Assembly: GCA_028534125.1 (NCBI GenBank)
Contig: CM052816.1
Location: forward strand, 45,448,001 to 45,512,000
Source of the DNA: Lama glama
Lineage: Eukaryota
DNA length: 64,000 bases
Direction of reading: 5' to 3'
The position numbers were made by a program, and so were the translations under genes. Each line of letters begins with the position of its first letter. Positions within the stretch are counted from its first letter, which is position 1. This document shows, one piece after another, positions 27,775-41,150 of the stretch. The notes beneath the pieces were generated by a model, which saw nothing but the letters and a program-made list of their open reading frames with translations, did no database searches and was not told the origin of the DNA.

Positions 27775-29323
27775 CCATATGATTATCTATATTTTCAATG
27801 CTTGTTTTATTGCTGCCTTATTCTCATTATTATAAATTTGTCTAAATCATGAAAATTTTTTGCATTTTATGGATATAACAAAGCTTTCTTAAGGGCTATT
27901 TTTTTCCAATTTTTGTTATTATAAGTAATGCTGAAATATTCTTGTTATACATGTATTTGCACAAATATTCCCCACACCTTTTAGCTGTCTTTTTTTTTCT
28001 TGCCTCCCCCAGTTTTACTGAGATATAATCAACATACAATCATTTGTTGTCTTTTGACTTTGCTTGTGGTATATGCAAAGAGAAATTTTGTTTGACCACT
28101 TTATGTGGTCAAGTTTATCAGCCATTTCCTTCATGACTTCTGAATGTTTTTTAATGATCTCTTACATAACTTGCTGAGAAATAAGAAAGTAACAAAATGT
28201 CCTTATATCTTTTATAAATTACACAAAAAGAAGTTCTCTTTTCTAAAATGTCGCTACTGTACAGTCTGTCACTCTACTTGGCCAAAATCAAACTGTTTTT
28301 GTCCTATACTATTTCATCATTAGAAACTTTAACATCATTTCCCAGAGTAAATTCTTACCCCTAGAACTCTCTCTGCATGAAACAGCAGTCACCTCTTATT
28401 GCTTTACAAGCTACTTGGCAAGGCCTCCTCTCCTTGACCATGTACTGTATAATTTTCTTTTCTAACCTTTAGGCATTGCATTTTAAGAGATATCATAAGA
28501 AGTAAAATAGGCATGATAATCTAAAACCCCACTGTAAACACCTCAGATATTTAAAGATCTTGTGTAAGAAATAGTATTTATAAACTACTGTGGATGCATT
28601 CAAAACTTTTTTCCTTTGTGTATGAATATGTTGATAAGAAATATCTTGATAAGAAAGCCCAAAATAAACTGCCACAAGTTTTTTCCTTCAGTAAAACTCT
28701 TTTTAAATATCTTCTTTCATTTACATTCTTAGGACCTCATATCTCCATTTAATTTCTTAATTTACAGAAATGTAAATAAATAGGTTCAAAACAAAACCTA
28801 GTTGGCCGGAGTCCACACCAACTTGAATGCCTGAAATCATCAGGTCATTCCTTAGTTTTCTTTATCTGTGGAAGTTTTCAGTATCCAGATTAGGGAACAA
28901 GCACAGGGCACTAGTTCCTGTTTCATGGCATTTAAGCTGGAAGAACTATGTAATACAGTCCAAGTTCTCTTTTTATGGACTCCAAAAAACTGAGATGGAA
29001 TCTCAAAAGATATTTATCCAGTTTCTGAAGAATCAGAAAGAGCTTGGAGCTTCTGACACTAGGTGTCTCCTTTCAGACCCTGGACTATCCTCACTGCTGC
29101 AATAAATTACTCATCACTCTGTCAGCATAAGACTGAAGTTTCCAAACAGGCATCAGTCATATCCAATCAAAAGCACAGTGTCAGACATGATGAATTTCAT
29201 CCTTATGTTCAGAAATTTAACTCTATCATACATCCATGATAACTGACCATTATAACTGTATGTGGTTTATTGTTCTCTAAAAATGTATGTTGCAACTGCT
29301 AATACTTTGCAAGGGCTTCTTAC

Positions 29324-29731
29324 CTTGTCCAGCAAATACATCACAGCACTGAGCTGTTCGTCCGTGTTCTCCGTAGCCACTTTCCCACTGATGCTGTGAA
29401 GCACTCTGTTGAGAACGTCGTCATCCAGGGGCTGCTGCAGCTGATCCGCAAGCCCCCAAAAGGCCTGCGAATCCGCATCAGAGACGAGGGTGATGTTAGC
29501 CGTCCCGTACACTTTATCAATTCTGGCACCACCTTTTGGGTCAAAAAGCACAATCTGGAAGCGTTTAGGAAATGGATTTAAAGACCCTGTCTCTGGCGTT
29601 AGGATCACATCCAATATGGTGCTTCTCTGGCCAGGTTCAAAGACTAAGGTGCCTTCAGTTCTCATGAAGTCTTTCCCAGAAATAGCTGGAGACACGAGAG
29701 TACGACCAATTGTTTCAGCACTCCTCAATTC
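29324..29731 (-). CDS. ADGRV1: ADGRV1 exon (~78), 408 nt: ELRSAETIGRTLVSPAISGKDF...SAVMYLLDK
   Basis: ttctag|GAA acceptor, AAG|gtaaga donor; overlaps ORF 29267..29728. Confidence 0.96.
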
Positions 29732-30099
29732 CTAGAAATTAAACAACATCACCTAAGTGAAACTATAAAACCTTGATCCTATCCTAACAAATTTATTTCT
29801 CTTAAACGATCTGATGGGCCACAACAACATTACTATTAAAACGGGGCATTTTATACCTTTTTCTAATCCCCTAAGATAAATTAGAGAGAAAAATACACAT
29901 CTTATACTGATAGGGTTGATGCCTTAGAACAGACCAAGAAAGAGAGTTAGGAAAGAAATGCCTCACAGAATTTCTCAATTGTGAGCATACTAAAACTGTG
30001 AAGATATTCAGAGGCATATATGCCCAGGGGTCAGATCATGTACATTCATGACACAGAGTATGACAGGAAGACACTGCAGGATTCCAGCAGAAGGACACA

Positions 30100-30740
30100 T
30101 GTTATTTCATATTTTCATGAGTATTTCTGCCCTTGTAGATTGTTAGGCTACAGCAGAGGATAAGGATGGAAGCAGGGAGAAGAGATAGGAGGTTTTTACA
30201 TTAATTGATTAAAAAAATGATAGCTTAGGTTTTATGAGTCAGAAAAGTGAGAAGCGCTCAGACTGGGAAGATATTTTGAACATAGGGTCAGCAGGACCTT
30301 CTGATTAATTCACTGTTGGATGGAAAGGAAGAGGAGAAAGAGGAAACTACTAGCTATTTTTCTGGATGAATGGCAGTAAACTGAGGGAAATATCATTACA
30401 GGAGAAATCCAGTTATTTATCATATACATTAAGCCTGAGATGCCTTTTAAACCATTCAAACGAAGACATCAATAACAGTAATCAGATAGATGAGTCTGGA
30501 TCAGGGGTGGTGAAGAGGCTAGCGATAAAAATTCAGGAGTTCTCATTTTATAGATGATATTCAAAGAGAACATGTGTGGACGGTCTAGCCTAGAGAGTGA
30601 GTCCAGGGAGACCCCAGTATTCATTGGTCAGGACGACCAATAGGGGCAACAAGAAGTTGCTGCCAGAGAGGTAAGGCTGAGAGCAGGAAAGGGTGGTGGG
30701 TGTTCCAGACACCCAAAGGGGAAGAGCACACTTCCAGAAG
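30100..30740 (-). mobile_element. L2 fragment
   Basis: Purine-rich degraded match to reverse L2 (GAGATGCCT...CCATTCAA...GATGAGTCTGGA). Confidence 0.55.
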
Positions 30741-33563
30741 GAGGACCAAGTGTGACAAAAAAGGGAAAAATCAAGGAAGATAAAGGTTTCATGAGCATCT
30801 GCCTAGCGGTAGAAAAAGCCTCACTGAAGGAAACAACACAAAAGTCTACTAGCTTCAGAATGGATAAATTAAAGTTTGAATATCACACAAGAGTAAAAGT
30901 GAAAGAACTACACACACCAGCACAGGTATTTCTCAAAAACATATTGTTGAGCAAAAAAAGCACACCATAAAACACTACCATTGGAAGAATCTCATTTGTA
31001 TAATTTCCAAAACAGGTAAACCTACACAGCTTATGGTTAGGGGCAAAACTATAAATAAAAGCAAGGTAATAATTCAACATGAAATTCAGGATAGAAGTTA
31101 TCTACAAGATGGGGAGAGGTTATCCTGCAAGGAAAAAGCCAGATGGCATCAGAGAAGGGTTTACGGCAGCTAGTTTTAGGATCTTGATAAAGTTAGGTGG
31201 TGATGATTTTATTACTGTAAAGTGCATATATACACTCTGGTCACTGTTTTTCTGGTGGAATTTATTTCACAATTCAGACATTTAAAGGAAATGGAATAAT
31301 CAAGATAATCTTGTGCTTATAAAACACATATAACAAACACCAAGAAGCACTATGCAATTTAAAAGCAACAATGAAGATTAACATAGAAACAGCCTTTGAC
31401 AGAATAAGCAATGTGAGAATCGGAAGGAAAGTCATGTTCTTTCTTGAACTTGTGGGCTTTGGGTTAGTGTGCACATATACAAATGAAAGTATCTGGAATT
31501 GGTTTTCAAATCTGGCTTAGTTATAGGCTTAATTTAAAGATAACTGGAATGAGTGACATTTCCATTATATCAAATCCTTATCTCCCTTACCTTTAGATCA
31601 CAAACACGTAGACAGAAGGGAACTTCTGCTAAGACTGTAGTATTTACGTACTGAGAACGCTGACTTACCAAACAACAGGTATGCTACAGCTACTGTTTTA
31701 ACTATGTCATTAAATTCTATTTCAAGTAAAATCAAAACTGGTATCATTACAACAGAATAGCAACTTGATCCATAATTATTTTCTCATCCTTGCCATCTAC
31801 TGGAAAATAGAATTGTATGGCTTTCTCTTCCAGCAATTTGCCTAGCATTCAGAGAGAGAAAATGCAGGGGCAATGAAGCAACAGGAAAATAAAATCATAC
31901 CAGAGAGGGGAAACTTTCATTTCTAATTTTTGAAATAAAACTTTTTATTTTGAGATAATTACAGATTCACATGCAACTGTAAGAAATAATAAAGAGTGGT
32001 CTCCTGTACCCTTTACCCAACATCTCTCCTTGGTTATATTGTGCATATCTGTAATATGTCACAACTAGGATATCAATGTTGATACAGTCAAGATAAATTT
32101 TCATCATTGTGGGTTTCCTTTATGTTGATTTTATAGTGTTATAAAAATGCTATGAGTTACAGGCTGGTGACAGCATGTGTTTTGCAAGAAATCATGTGTG
32201 AATAATCCAGGAAGAATATAAATGACTACGACACAGATACTGGCATTCGGGTTCTTATTTTGGCATCTTCAATTCCCCTTTCAACTGAGTGTATGAACTA
32301 GTTTAAAATGTGCCTCAAGTCTTCTTATCACTTCTTCCTTCTTCCATTCTACAAAGTAGTGAGCATATGATGATATATATTTCATGGGAGAAAGAGGAGG
32401 AAGCACACATTTTCTCTTACCATCTCTCTTACCGTCTCAAATGCTTAAAAGCAAAAATGCTAAAATCTCCCCACCATGAATCAAAATACTTCTTTCCATG
32501 TTCATGCCATTTCAGGGCTATTCAGAAGGAGTTTATTTCTAGAGTCTCAGACGATAGCTTGGTCTTCTTGCTTGCCAAGCTGAGGACTCGATCATAAGGA
32601 TACGCTTTCTGCCTGGCAAGCTTCCGGACAGCTCACGACCCACAGCTCCAGTTCTAACTTCTCATCCCTGACTCACATGATTGCTGCAGCAAATTGACTG
32701 CACATATGTTGTATTTTATGCACAAATGGGTCCGTATGTTTGAGCCACTCAATAGCGACATGACCAAGCACATACTAAACAGCACTTTGCTTAAAAAATA
32801 AAAAACAACTTGGAAACCTTGAGACCTAGAGTGTCACCAAGTTTGAAATTTCGAAACAGGGGAAATGGCAGCACTGGTGCAGAATGGGAGTTTTCAAACT
32901 ATGGGTTTCTTGGAGGATATGAGTCAAGGGGCAAAAAGAGAAGGCTTAGGTGGGCAAGCTCCAATCTCTACAATCATGCTTCAAGCAGAGTAGACAGACA
33001 CTGTCTGTCTACTAAATAAACTTTAAGCCACAATTCTGAGAAGGTGTAGGGTGCTGTGTGGACCAGCCCCAGGCTCTAGTCACTTAGTGTTTTGTAGCAT
33101 TGCTCCTCAGTCAGTCCCTGGATACCCACCTGCTCGCTCTCTTTCACTTGGTATCACCCAAAAGAATGGACATGAAAGGGGCAGTGAGACCTCATAAGCT
33201 CACAGATTTAAAGAAACATAAAAATCAGTTAGTGTCTAAAGTCCTGAAGAATATCTTCAACTAGTTCAAGTATAAACCAGAACAAAAATCCACGCTTTTT
33301 GTTTCTGGTCTTATACAGACAGCTACATTCTGAAGAAATTTTAACTCTCTAGAGATTTTATACAACAGATTTATGTAAGGCACTTTGCATTGTATAATCA
33401 ACTTTTCCAAAAGGAAGAGAAAAACAAAAAGCTACCATTTTAAAACATAATTTAAGTTAAAAAAATGAACTGTTTCAAGGATAAAGTTCTACGTAACAAA
33501 CATAATGTGATTTATGAGGGTATCCTCAGAAAATAATATATCAGTTATTCTCGTTTGAAGTCA

Positions 33564-33694
33564 TTTTTTTTTTTGGTGGGGGGAGGTAATTAGGTTTATT
33601 TATTTATTTATGTTTAGAGGAGATGCTGGGGATTGAACCCAGGACCTCATGCTTGCTAAACATGTGCTCTACCACTTGAGCTATACCCTCCCCC
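33564..33694 (-). mobile_element. tRNA-derived SINE resembling camelid Vic-1
   Basis: Minus strand GGGGGAGGGTATAGCTCAAGTGGTAGAG (A box)...GGTTCAATCCCC (B box), then an (AAAT)n tract, a C run and poly(A); flanking direct repeat TATCAGTTATTCTC at 33539-33552 and 33699-33712. Confidence 0.88.
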
Positions 33695-33781
33695 TATGTA
33701 TCAGTTATTCTCTGCTTCATTACACATGCTATAGTTAAAGAAGAAAACCTTACTGTGTGTTAATACATCGTGCACACTTAC

Positions 33782-34024
33782 CTGGGTACTGAAGTTAACT
33801 GACATCATGAGTCCTGTCCCAGAGTCTCTGGCCACCTGCAAACTGATTAAAGTGGCCTTCTTATGAGCCGCCGGCAGCCGAGAACCCACAGAGAAATACA
33901 CGAGGCTTGGAGGTTTATCACTCCGTGAGAAATTAATCTGTGCAAATCTGGCACTATTGTTTATGGCTGCTCCAGCAGTTACTTCATACAGTTCCACAAA
34001 AAAATGCATTTCAACTCGAGGTAT
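33782..34024 (-). CDS. ADGRV1: ADGRV1 exon (~77), 243 nt: IPRVEMHFFVELYE...MMSVNFSTQ
   Basis: tgtcag|ATA acceptor, CAG|gtaagt donor; overlaps ORF 33701..34009. Confidence 0.95.
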
Positions 34025-34041
34025 CTGACAATGAGGAAAAA

Positions 34042-34095
34042 GAAAAAAATAAAGGATGATTACTAACAGAAAAAAATAAAGGATGATTACTAACA
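34042..34095. repeat. Perfect 27-bp tandem duplication just upstream of the exon ~77 acceptor
   Basis: GAAAAAAATAAAGGATGATTACTAACA x2. Confidence 0.95.
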
Positions 34096-34319
34096 GATTT
34101 CTATTTTAAGATAGTTCTGTTATCAAGAAATAGTATTATTCATATGCATTATTTTAGAAATAAACATACATCTAGAGATACATTCTGTATAATTACAGAA
34201 TTAAATTCTGATAGATTATCATGAGATTTATTTTTTCGGTCTCTTTAAGAACACCTTTACTCTCTGGGTGAGCTTATTAGAAAATCAGTGTCAGGAGATG
34301 ATCTTTGCATATGTCAATA

Positions 34320-34745
34320 AATAAATAAAAGGCTACATAAAATTCACACAGTGAAATGTTATCTAGTAGTTAAAAGGAATGAACTATTTCAATATTTTTC
34401 AACATGGATGGATCTGAAAACATAATGAGTGAAAAAATTCAAGCTGTATGAGGATATGAATGGCATGATATAATAAATGTAAAATTTTAATTACATAAAG
34501 CTTATGACATATTGTTAATGGATTACATATTTATTTAAAAAGTAAAAAAGAAAACAAAACACATGACAGTAGTGATCTCAGGTGAAGGGGTGGCAGTGAG
34601 GGTAGGGTAGGGCATGGAGGTGGAGAAACACTGGGGATAAGAGGGGAAGGGAGCTTCAGCTTTGTAAGGTTTTATTTTCAAAAGGCTTGATTTCCATAAC
34701 TATGACCAAATATTGATAACAGTTAATTTAGTAATTTTATGTATT
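34320..34745 (+). mobile_element. Old L1 (L1ME-like) 3' fragment; similar fragments at about 30870-31250 (+), 31935-32110 (-) and 2220-2340 (+)
   Basis: CACACAGTGAAATGTTAT...AAAAGGAATGAACTA...CAACATGGATGGATCTGAAAACATAATG. Confidence 0.65.
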
Positions 34746-36114
34746 TTGCAAAATTTCCCGAATTTTAGTATCAAAGAAATCTAGTTTGTTGGATATAATT
34801 TTCTCATGTTTTACCTCAGTTCTTCCACAACAATCTCAAATAATTTATTTTCTGAAGCCTGAATTCAAATTTATAAAATACTTTCAATCACCTGTTTCCA
34901 CTTGTTTGCTCTGACACAATAACCTAAGAATTTAGCAGCATTGTTAGCTTCCTAGCATAACTCAAAGAAGCTAAGCTGATGCATTTTTCAACTGCATGCG
35001 TCATTGTCTAATGTGATACAATGTATCATTTTTAATCTATCAGCAAGGGGGCCTTATTCATTACTTGTTTTGTGATCATTTTAATGAGAATTCTTATGTC
35101 CTGAAGCAATCCAACAAACTCTTTTTATTATTATTCAAAAATGAGTCATATCTTAGTAGCACAGTGAATGAATTTAATCTCCTTTTATTGTCTGAAGAAA
35201 CATACTTAGCTTTCCTGGGGTATATATTATTCTTTACTTTTGCTGATCACAACTCAGTGAATATTGAAATAAAGGTAAACGTACTCTTTCTGCCTTTAAG
35301 AAGCTAAATTTGGCAAATACAATAAACTGAAGCACTAGGGAAGTGTAGGTAACTATATTCAAGAACTATTATTCCCTAAAGACCAACGAGCCTGAATTCA
35401 CAGTAGTTTTCTTTAACTAAGGATTTCAGTATATTACAATCCAACATAGATTCTTATATTTTTCAGTATAATATTTCTTCTCAATGTGATGATGATTAAA
35501 ACATTAAACACTTTGAATCAAAAGAATATGTTATAATCTAAGAAAAGAACCATTTAAAATTGAACAGTGTGTAGATTAGGTGCCAACACATAATTAGAAG
35601 AGACAAAAGGAATCTTCCAGTCTTACAACAAAATACTCTATTCAAACAATATGCCTGAAGTATCCTGGGAAGGCATAACTTACAGATCACATCTGAACCT
35701 CTCTAGATCTAAATCTGACTGTAGACTTCACAAGAATTCAAGTTCCTTTCCTAGTTAGGCCAGCAGCATTCCAAGATGATCTTTGCCCAAGATAAAACGA
35801 TATTTCTTGCGCCCAGATCTGCTCAGAAGCAAAGTAATCATGAAACAATATCTTTAATATTTTTTCAAAATATTTGCAACAAATGTTTAAACAGTTTGTC
35901 TAGTAAACAGACTTCGTGGGTTAAGAAGTGCATCTTAAGTTAATTAACTATGACCTTTATATATTTTGCTAATATAGAACCGCAAGATAGAACCCATAGA
36001 ACCATGAGATTCCCCACCAGAGAAAGGGCAAATGGACTAGAATTCAAAAGACGAGTTCTAATCTTTGCCGAGTAATTGACTTGGGAAAGTTACTTAAATT
36101 CTTCATAACTTGAA

Positions 36115-36655
36115 AATAAAAACTGGATAAAGAAGCTGTGGTATATTTATACAATGGAATACTGCATAGTGATTAAAAAAAAAAGAATAAAACAATGCCA
36201 TTTGCAACAACATGGATGGATCTGGAGATTGTCATTCTAAGTGAAGTAAGTCAAAAAGAGAAAGAAAAATACCATATGATATCACTCATATGTGGAATAT
36301 AGAAAGAAAAAGAAAAAGAAGAGAGGACACTAATGAACTCATTGACAAAACAGAAAGACTCGCAGACATAGTAAACAATCTTATGGTTACCAGGGGAAAG
36401 GGGGTGGGAGGGGATAAACCTGGGAGTTTAAGATTTGTAAATGTTAACCACTACATATAAAAATAGAAAAAAACCGAGATTTCTTCTGTATAGCACAGGG
36501 AACTATATTCAATATTTTGTAATAACTTTTAATGAAAAAGTATATGAAAATGTATATATGTATACATATGCATGACTGGGACATCATGCTGTACACCAGA
36601 AATTGACACACTGTAACTGACATATCTCGATTTAAAAAGGGGAAAAAATAAAAGT
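36115..36655 (+). mobile_element. 5'-truncated L1 (ORF2 C-terminus plus 3'UTR), apparently interrupting a MIR
   Basis: Typical L1 3' sequence TGGATAAAGAAGCTGTGGTATAT...GCAACAACATGGATGGATCTGGAG...GGTTACCAGGGG...ATAGCACAGGGAACTAT, with an A-rich end. Confidence 0.9.
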
Positions 36656-36929
36656 ATTGAATAACTATAGGGATGATAATTTAAGACAGGACAGAGTAGA
36701 AAAACTTCAAGTTGAGCATCTGGAGACTGCACTGAATTTAGGAGAAACCACCATATTATCAGTGGTTAAGTCTATGGTGAAAAGCCTTGTGTTTGCTGTG
36801 TTGTGTTGTTGTGCTGTAACGCCCCTAGCACTGCTGTTGATGTGCTACTACTCAAGTCACTGAACTGTCTTGGGCTCTATTCCCACCCATTCTGAATAGA
36901 ATACCAATCCTTTCTTAGGAAGGACCAAT

Positions 36930-37128
36930 TCCTTGCTAAGCACCACGCAAAACATCTCTCATTTATTATCTCATTTAATCTAACAGCCCCGTTACTAACC
37001 TCATCAAATCTGGAAAGCTCAGGCAGGCTAAGCAACTTGTCTAATGTCACCCAGCTAATTAGTGGAAGAGCTAAGATTTGCACCCAGGTCTTCTATCATC
37101 AGAGCCCAAACTCTTAACCACCATACTG
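36930..37128 (-). mobile_element. MIR SINE
   Basis: ATTATCTCATTTAATC...AAGCAACTTGTCTAATGTCACCCAGCTA...CCCAGGTC...CTCTTAACCAC. Confidence 0.8.
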
Positions 37129-40100
37129 TATTTTCCAGAATAAGGTCAGTATCCTTGAAGTCCTTCCTTTGATTAAAAAAATGAGGGGATGGTTCTTAGG
37201 TCAAAAGTCCAAGCACTGTTGTGCTGCTCTGCTGGGATGGCCAAATAATCTTGCAAATTCCACTACAAAAGAATGCAGACACAGAACCAGCCACAGGTGT
37301 ATCCCTAAGTACCAGTTTATCAGACAAGAAAAGAAGACTACGATCTCTTCCCTCTTTTGAAATTTCCTCTTACTGAAACTGGAATGTAGGTAACTCTAGT
37401 CTATACCTTATCTTTTAACAGCTGGGAAGACAATGAGAGCAAAAAGCCTTGAAAATTAGCTGTTTCTCAGGATACAGAAGAAAACTCAACTCTCTGATTT
37501 AAACATTAAATTAGAAGGAGAAATAAAGAGATGAAACCAAATTCTTTCTCCCGCCTAACTGAAACTATCGGGATGTGGGCTCAGTAACATTTCCCTAGTT
37601 AGGAGAAAGAAAATACAGTTAGCATCCTCTGACTGCCTACCGCATTCTCTTATTCTTTAATTATAAGACCTATGGTACCTGGGAATTCTTAGTAGTCTCC
37701 TGCAAAGAGAGTGAGCTCAGAGGAAGCAATCTCTTCTCCCACCTACACTCTAACTGTCCTCCTTTCCTTCCTTCCAGCCTGTCCAAGAGCACCCCTGTTT
37801 GGCTCTCCTCTTTTCTCTCTCTCTCCAGCAGGTAGAGACCCCTCCGCACAGTATCAATGTGCAGCTTCCTTATCTTTCAGGATCTTTACCCTCTGTACCT
37901 GGCTGCTCTACCAATAAGATATTCCCACTCTATGAAAATTGTTTCCATCCCTTAACACATACGTACATAAAGTCTCACTTTACAAGAACCAGGTCAGCAA
38001 AAGATTGATAAAAACATTTACTCAACTAGCAATATAGGACTGAGCTGACTTTGACCTCAAAAGACTTCCTACAATTATAAGGTTAACATCCATTGTATGA
38101 CATAAATGTGTTAGGTCTGGTGAGAACTGTCCAAGATTCTAATTCAACAAAATTCTGAGATAAATTAATAAACACTAACAAAAACAACAGAATTTTCGAT
38201 TACTCATGTATGCAACACATTTATGGAGGATGATGGAAAGAATGCAAAGATGAACAAAGCTATGTTCTAATTTTCAAGCAGCTGAGAGTCCAACAGTCAA
38301 GATAAAATATGCACAATTAGTTTTAACCCTGCATAACCAGTAACTCCCACAAGAAAGGTACAAACACTTCCTTCAAAAACTTAGAGAATTAAGAATTCTA
38401 ACTGAAGATATCATGGGAGACATACTGGAGGAAGTGGTATTTTGATCAGTCTTTAAGGGAGAGTTAAGAAATGTGCAGTTGTGGAGGTGGAGGAAGGCAT
38501 AAGATTATTTGGACAAATGCAGAGAGGAGGATTTAAGTGTTTTCAAGTAGAATTACACAGCCAAACATTTTTAAATATTGAAATTTCAGTTCCTTTTATT
38601 CAGTGCAATAGAAAGTATTAGTTGCTAATGAAACTGCCACTCAAGAAATGTAAAATAAAATAATACAACACATTATCCAAAAATCAGTGGAGACTCAATA
38701 TTTTAAAAAACACATTTTCTAGCTCCATCACTAGCAAGATGGCTCATAGCAGCATCACCTGTGTGAACTGCCAACTTTTATGCATATCTCCAGTACCTAG
38801 ATTCAGATCTCTGAAATGCTTTCTGACAGAAGAAATCAAGTCTTTAGCCAATAGTTGTTTGGATGTCTTAGAGCAAGAAAAATCAAGATGGCTCTAGAAC
38901 ATGTTATTGCTATGGAGCACTTAAGCTTTCAGAGGTTTGTAAAGCAATATGAAAAGACAAAAGACCAGCTTAGTAAGTCTTTCAGTGGCCACGACATGAA
39001 TATTTGAGTAGCAAAGAGAACAGGATTTTTAGTAAGCACTTAAAATCAGTTGAATTTGCATCTATAATGGTACTTAAAGAAGAAACGTTATTGTAGTGTA
39101 TCAAAAAGTGGTTATAATGAAACATAAGTGTGACTGTAATAGTGTGTACTTAATATTTTATTAATTTTAATATGTAGGAGAATGTCAACATATCAAGACA
39201 GGTATGTTTTTTTATTAAATATATGTTCATTTACTAAGGAATGATAAAACTTCTCTTTGTAAGTAGGAAAGGGTTAATTTTAAAAATTCATAAGATAATT
39301 ATTCCTAGAAAAAGTAAGAATTGTACTAAGAATAGGAATAAATTATTAGGACCTATAAACCACATACAAATGAAGATGAAAACAAGCCAGAAGTTAGAGA
39401 GTACTGGTGGTCACACACAAGCTGAAAGATGATGCAGTTGTATGTTTGTTCCAGGGTAACAGAAGAAATGAGCCACAGAGCTGCACCAAGATCACAGATT
39501 TGTTATCTCATCTCTTATGAGAAAAAGCCTCTAGGTTGTCCTCCTAAATATAACAAGATATTAGCAAGGTAGGCACGTCTTTCCAATACCACTAACAGAC
39601 CAGCTCCAAAAGTGACAGGGCAGTGGTTAAGGTAAAGTGGGCACTGCAAAATTTAAAGAACAACTCATTCTGGGGAAAACACAAGGTATTGAAAAAACTA
39701 ACCTATAAAGCATGAACTTAAAAAACACGCTGATCTAACAAGTGAAGTCATAAAATGGATTCCAGTCAGACAATCAGTAATTCCCATTTGAAACAGGTCA
39801 GGAAAAGAAAGAGGACCCATGGTCCCGACAAAGAACAAAGTGGTGATAAGCAAGGGCGTGTAACCTTAGGGATCTGAAACAGTATTATTCCTCTTCTGGA
39901 ACCAATAAAATTACTGCAACTCCAGCAACATATGAAAATACGTATAACTGTAACCTTAGAGAAGATCAATATAACTGTTTCAGTAATTCTCAGAAGTGAA
40001 AAAACAAGTAGAGAAAAAATTCAAAAAAGAGTTAAATCTACAGGGTTGTTATTTAGAATGAGTTAAAATATAATCATAAGTTTGGAGTTAATTGTACCTG

Positions 40101-40978
40101 TGCAACACATTTTTCTGCTGTTTGAAGCGTTTGGCATGTACAAAGAAACCATGATACTTTTGAACGTCCATCATAAAATGGCTAGTTTTCGTATTAAATG
40201 TTTGAGTTTAAGAAATGAAGCAGCAGACAAAGAACGAGGACTACTGAGTGCTCCTTAGGCATTAAAGTATCATAGAAGAGTCATTTAAAAAAACCACACA
40301 CCACTACAAAATAACTAAAGCTCAACTAGGTCATCGGTGACTAATACCATTTGAAAAATGCAGATTCCCTTAGAAAGAGAGGGGCACGCCTGGCTCCTGG
40401 GTGCCACGTGCAACATGAACTCACAGAAATTTATCCAAAGGCTCACCAAGCATGGGCTCTGTACTTTTTTGGTAGACTAAAACAAACTCTAAATGAATGG
40501 TAAATGAGAGAACTTTCTTTTTATGGATGAAATCTATGGATATAACATGATGTGGCCAAATCTATGGATATGATAAAAGCAAAAAACTGAACATTCAGTC
40601 TATTTAGGCTGAAAATGACTCAAAGGATCATTCACACAATGAGCAAGTGGGCCAGGAAGAATCTTGGAAATGACAAGAAACAGAAAGGAGAAAACTGATG
40701 AGCTTCTTTATTATTACTATTGAGATATAGTTGGCGTATAGCATCATTATTAGTTTTAGGTGTACAACTTGATGAGCTTATTTACAAACATTCACAATGT
40801 AATGAATTCTAAGTGTGAAGTCTGTTGTCCACCAAAGAGATTTAGATGCTATGGCTAGGTGAGATACAAAGAATCTCCACATAACCAACGTGTAAGCTTC
40901 AACGAAGTGGCTTTAAAATTACTAATTCTAAAGAAATATAATCAGAAGTTGACAACACTGTGCCTCATTGTTTCTTAC

Positions 40979-41150
40979 CTTCCCTGGTTTGAGCTCAATG
41001 GTGATAAAGCACTCTGTTTGACCCCTGGTACAGATCGTGGCCCCTGACACAGACAGAAGTTCATCCATCAGGTTCACACCATCTTTCCGGAGTACAGTGA
41101 CTGATCTGTTAAACGTGACTCGCCAAAAGACCTTGACATCTTCAAAAGCT
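40979..41150 (-). CDS. ADGRV1: ADGRV1 exon (~76), 172 nt: AFEDVKVFWRVTFNRS...CTRGQTECFITIELKPGK
   Basis: Translated by hand; tcctag|A acceptor, AAG|gtaaga donor; phase 2 to 0. Confidence 0.93.

Noticed and set aside
33620..33694. tRNA gene
   Set aside because: A and B boxes are present, but the AT-rich tail, poly(A) and flanking direct repeats identify it as a SINE head.
34061..34094. Two perfect TACTAAC branch-point consensus sequences
   Set aside because: They are on the plus strand, antisense to ADGRV1, and occur twice only because of the 27-bp duplication.
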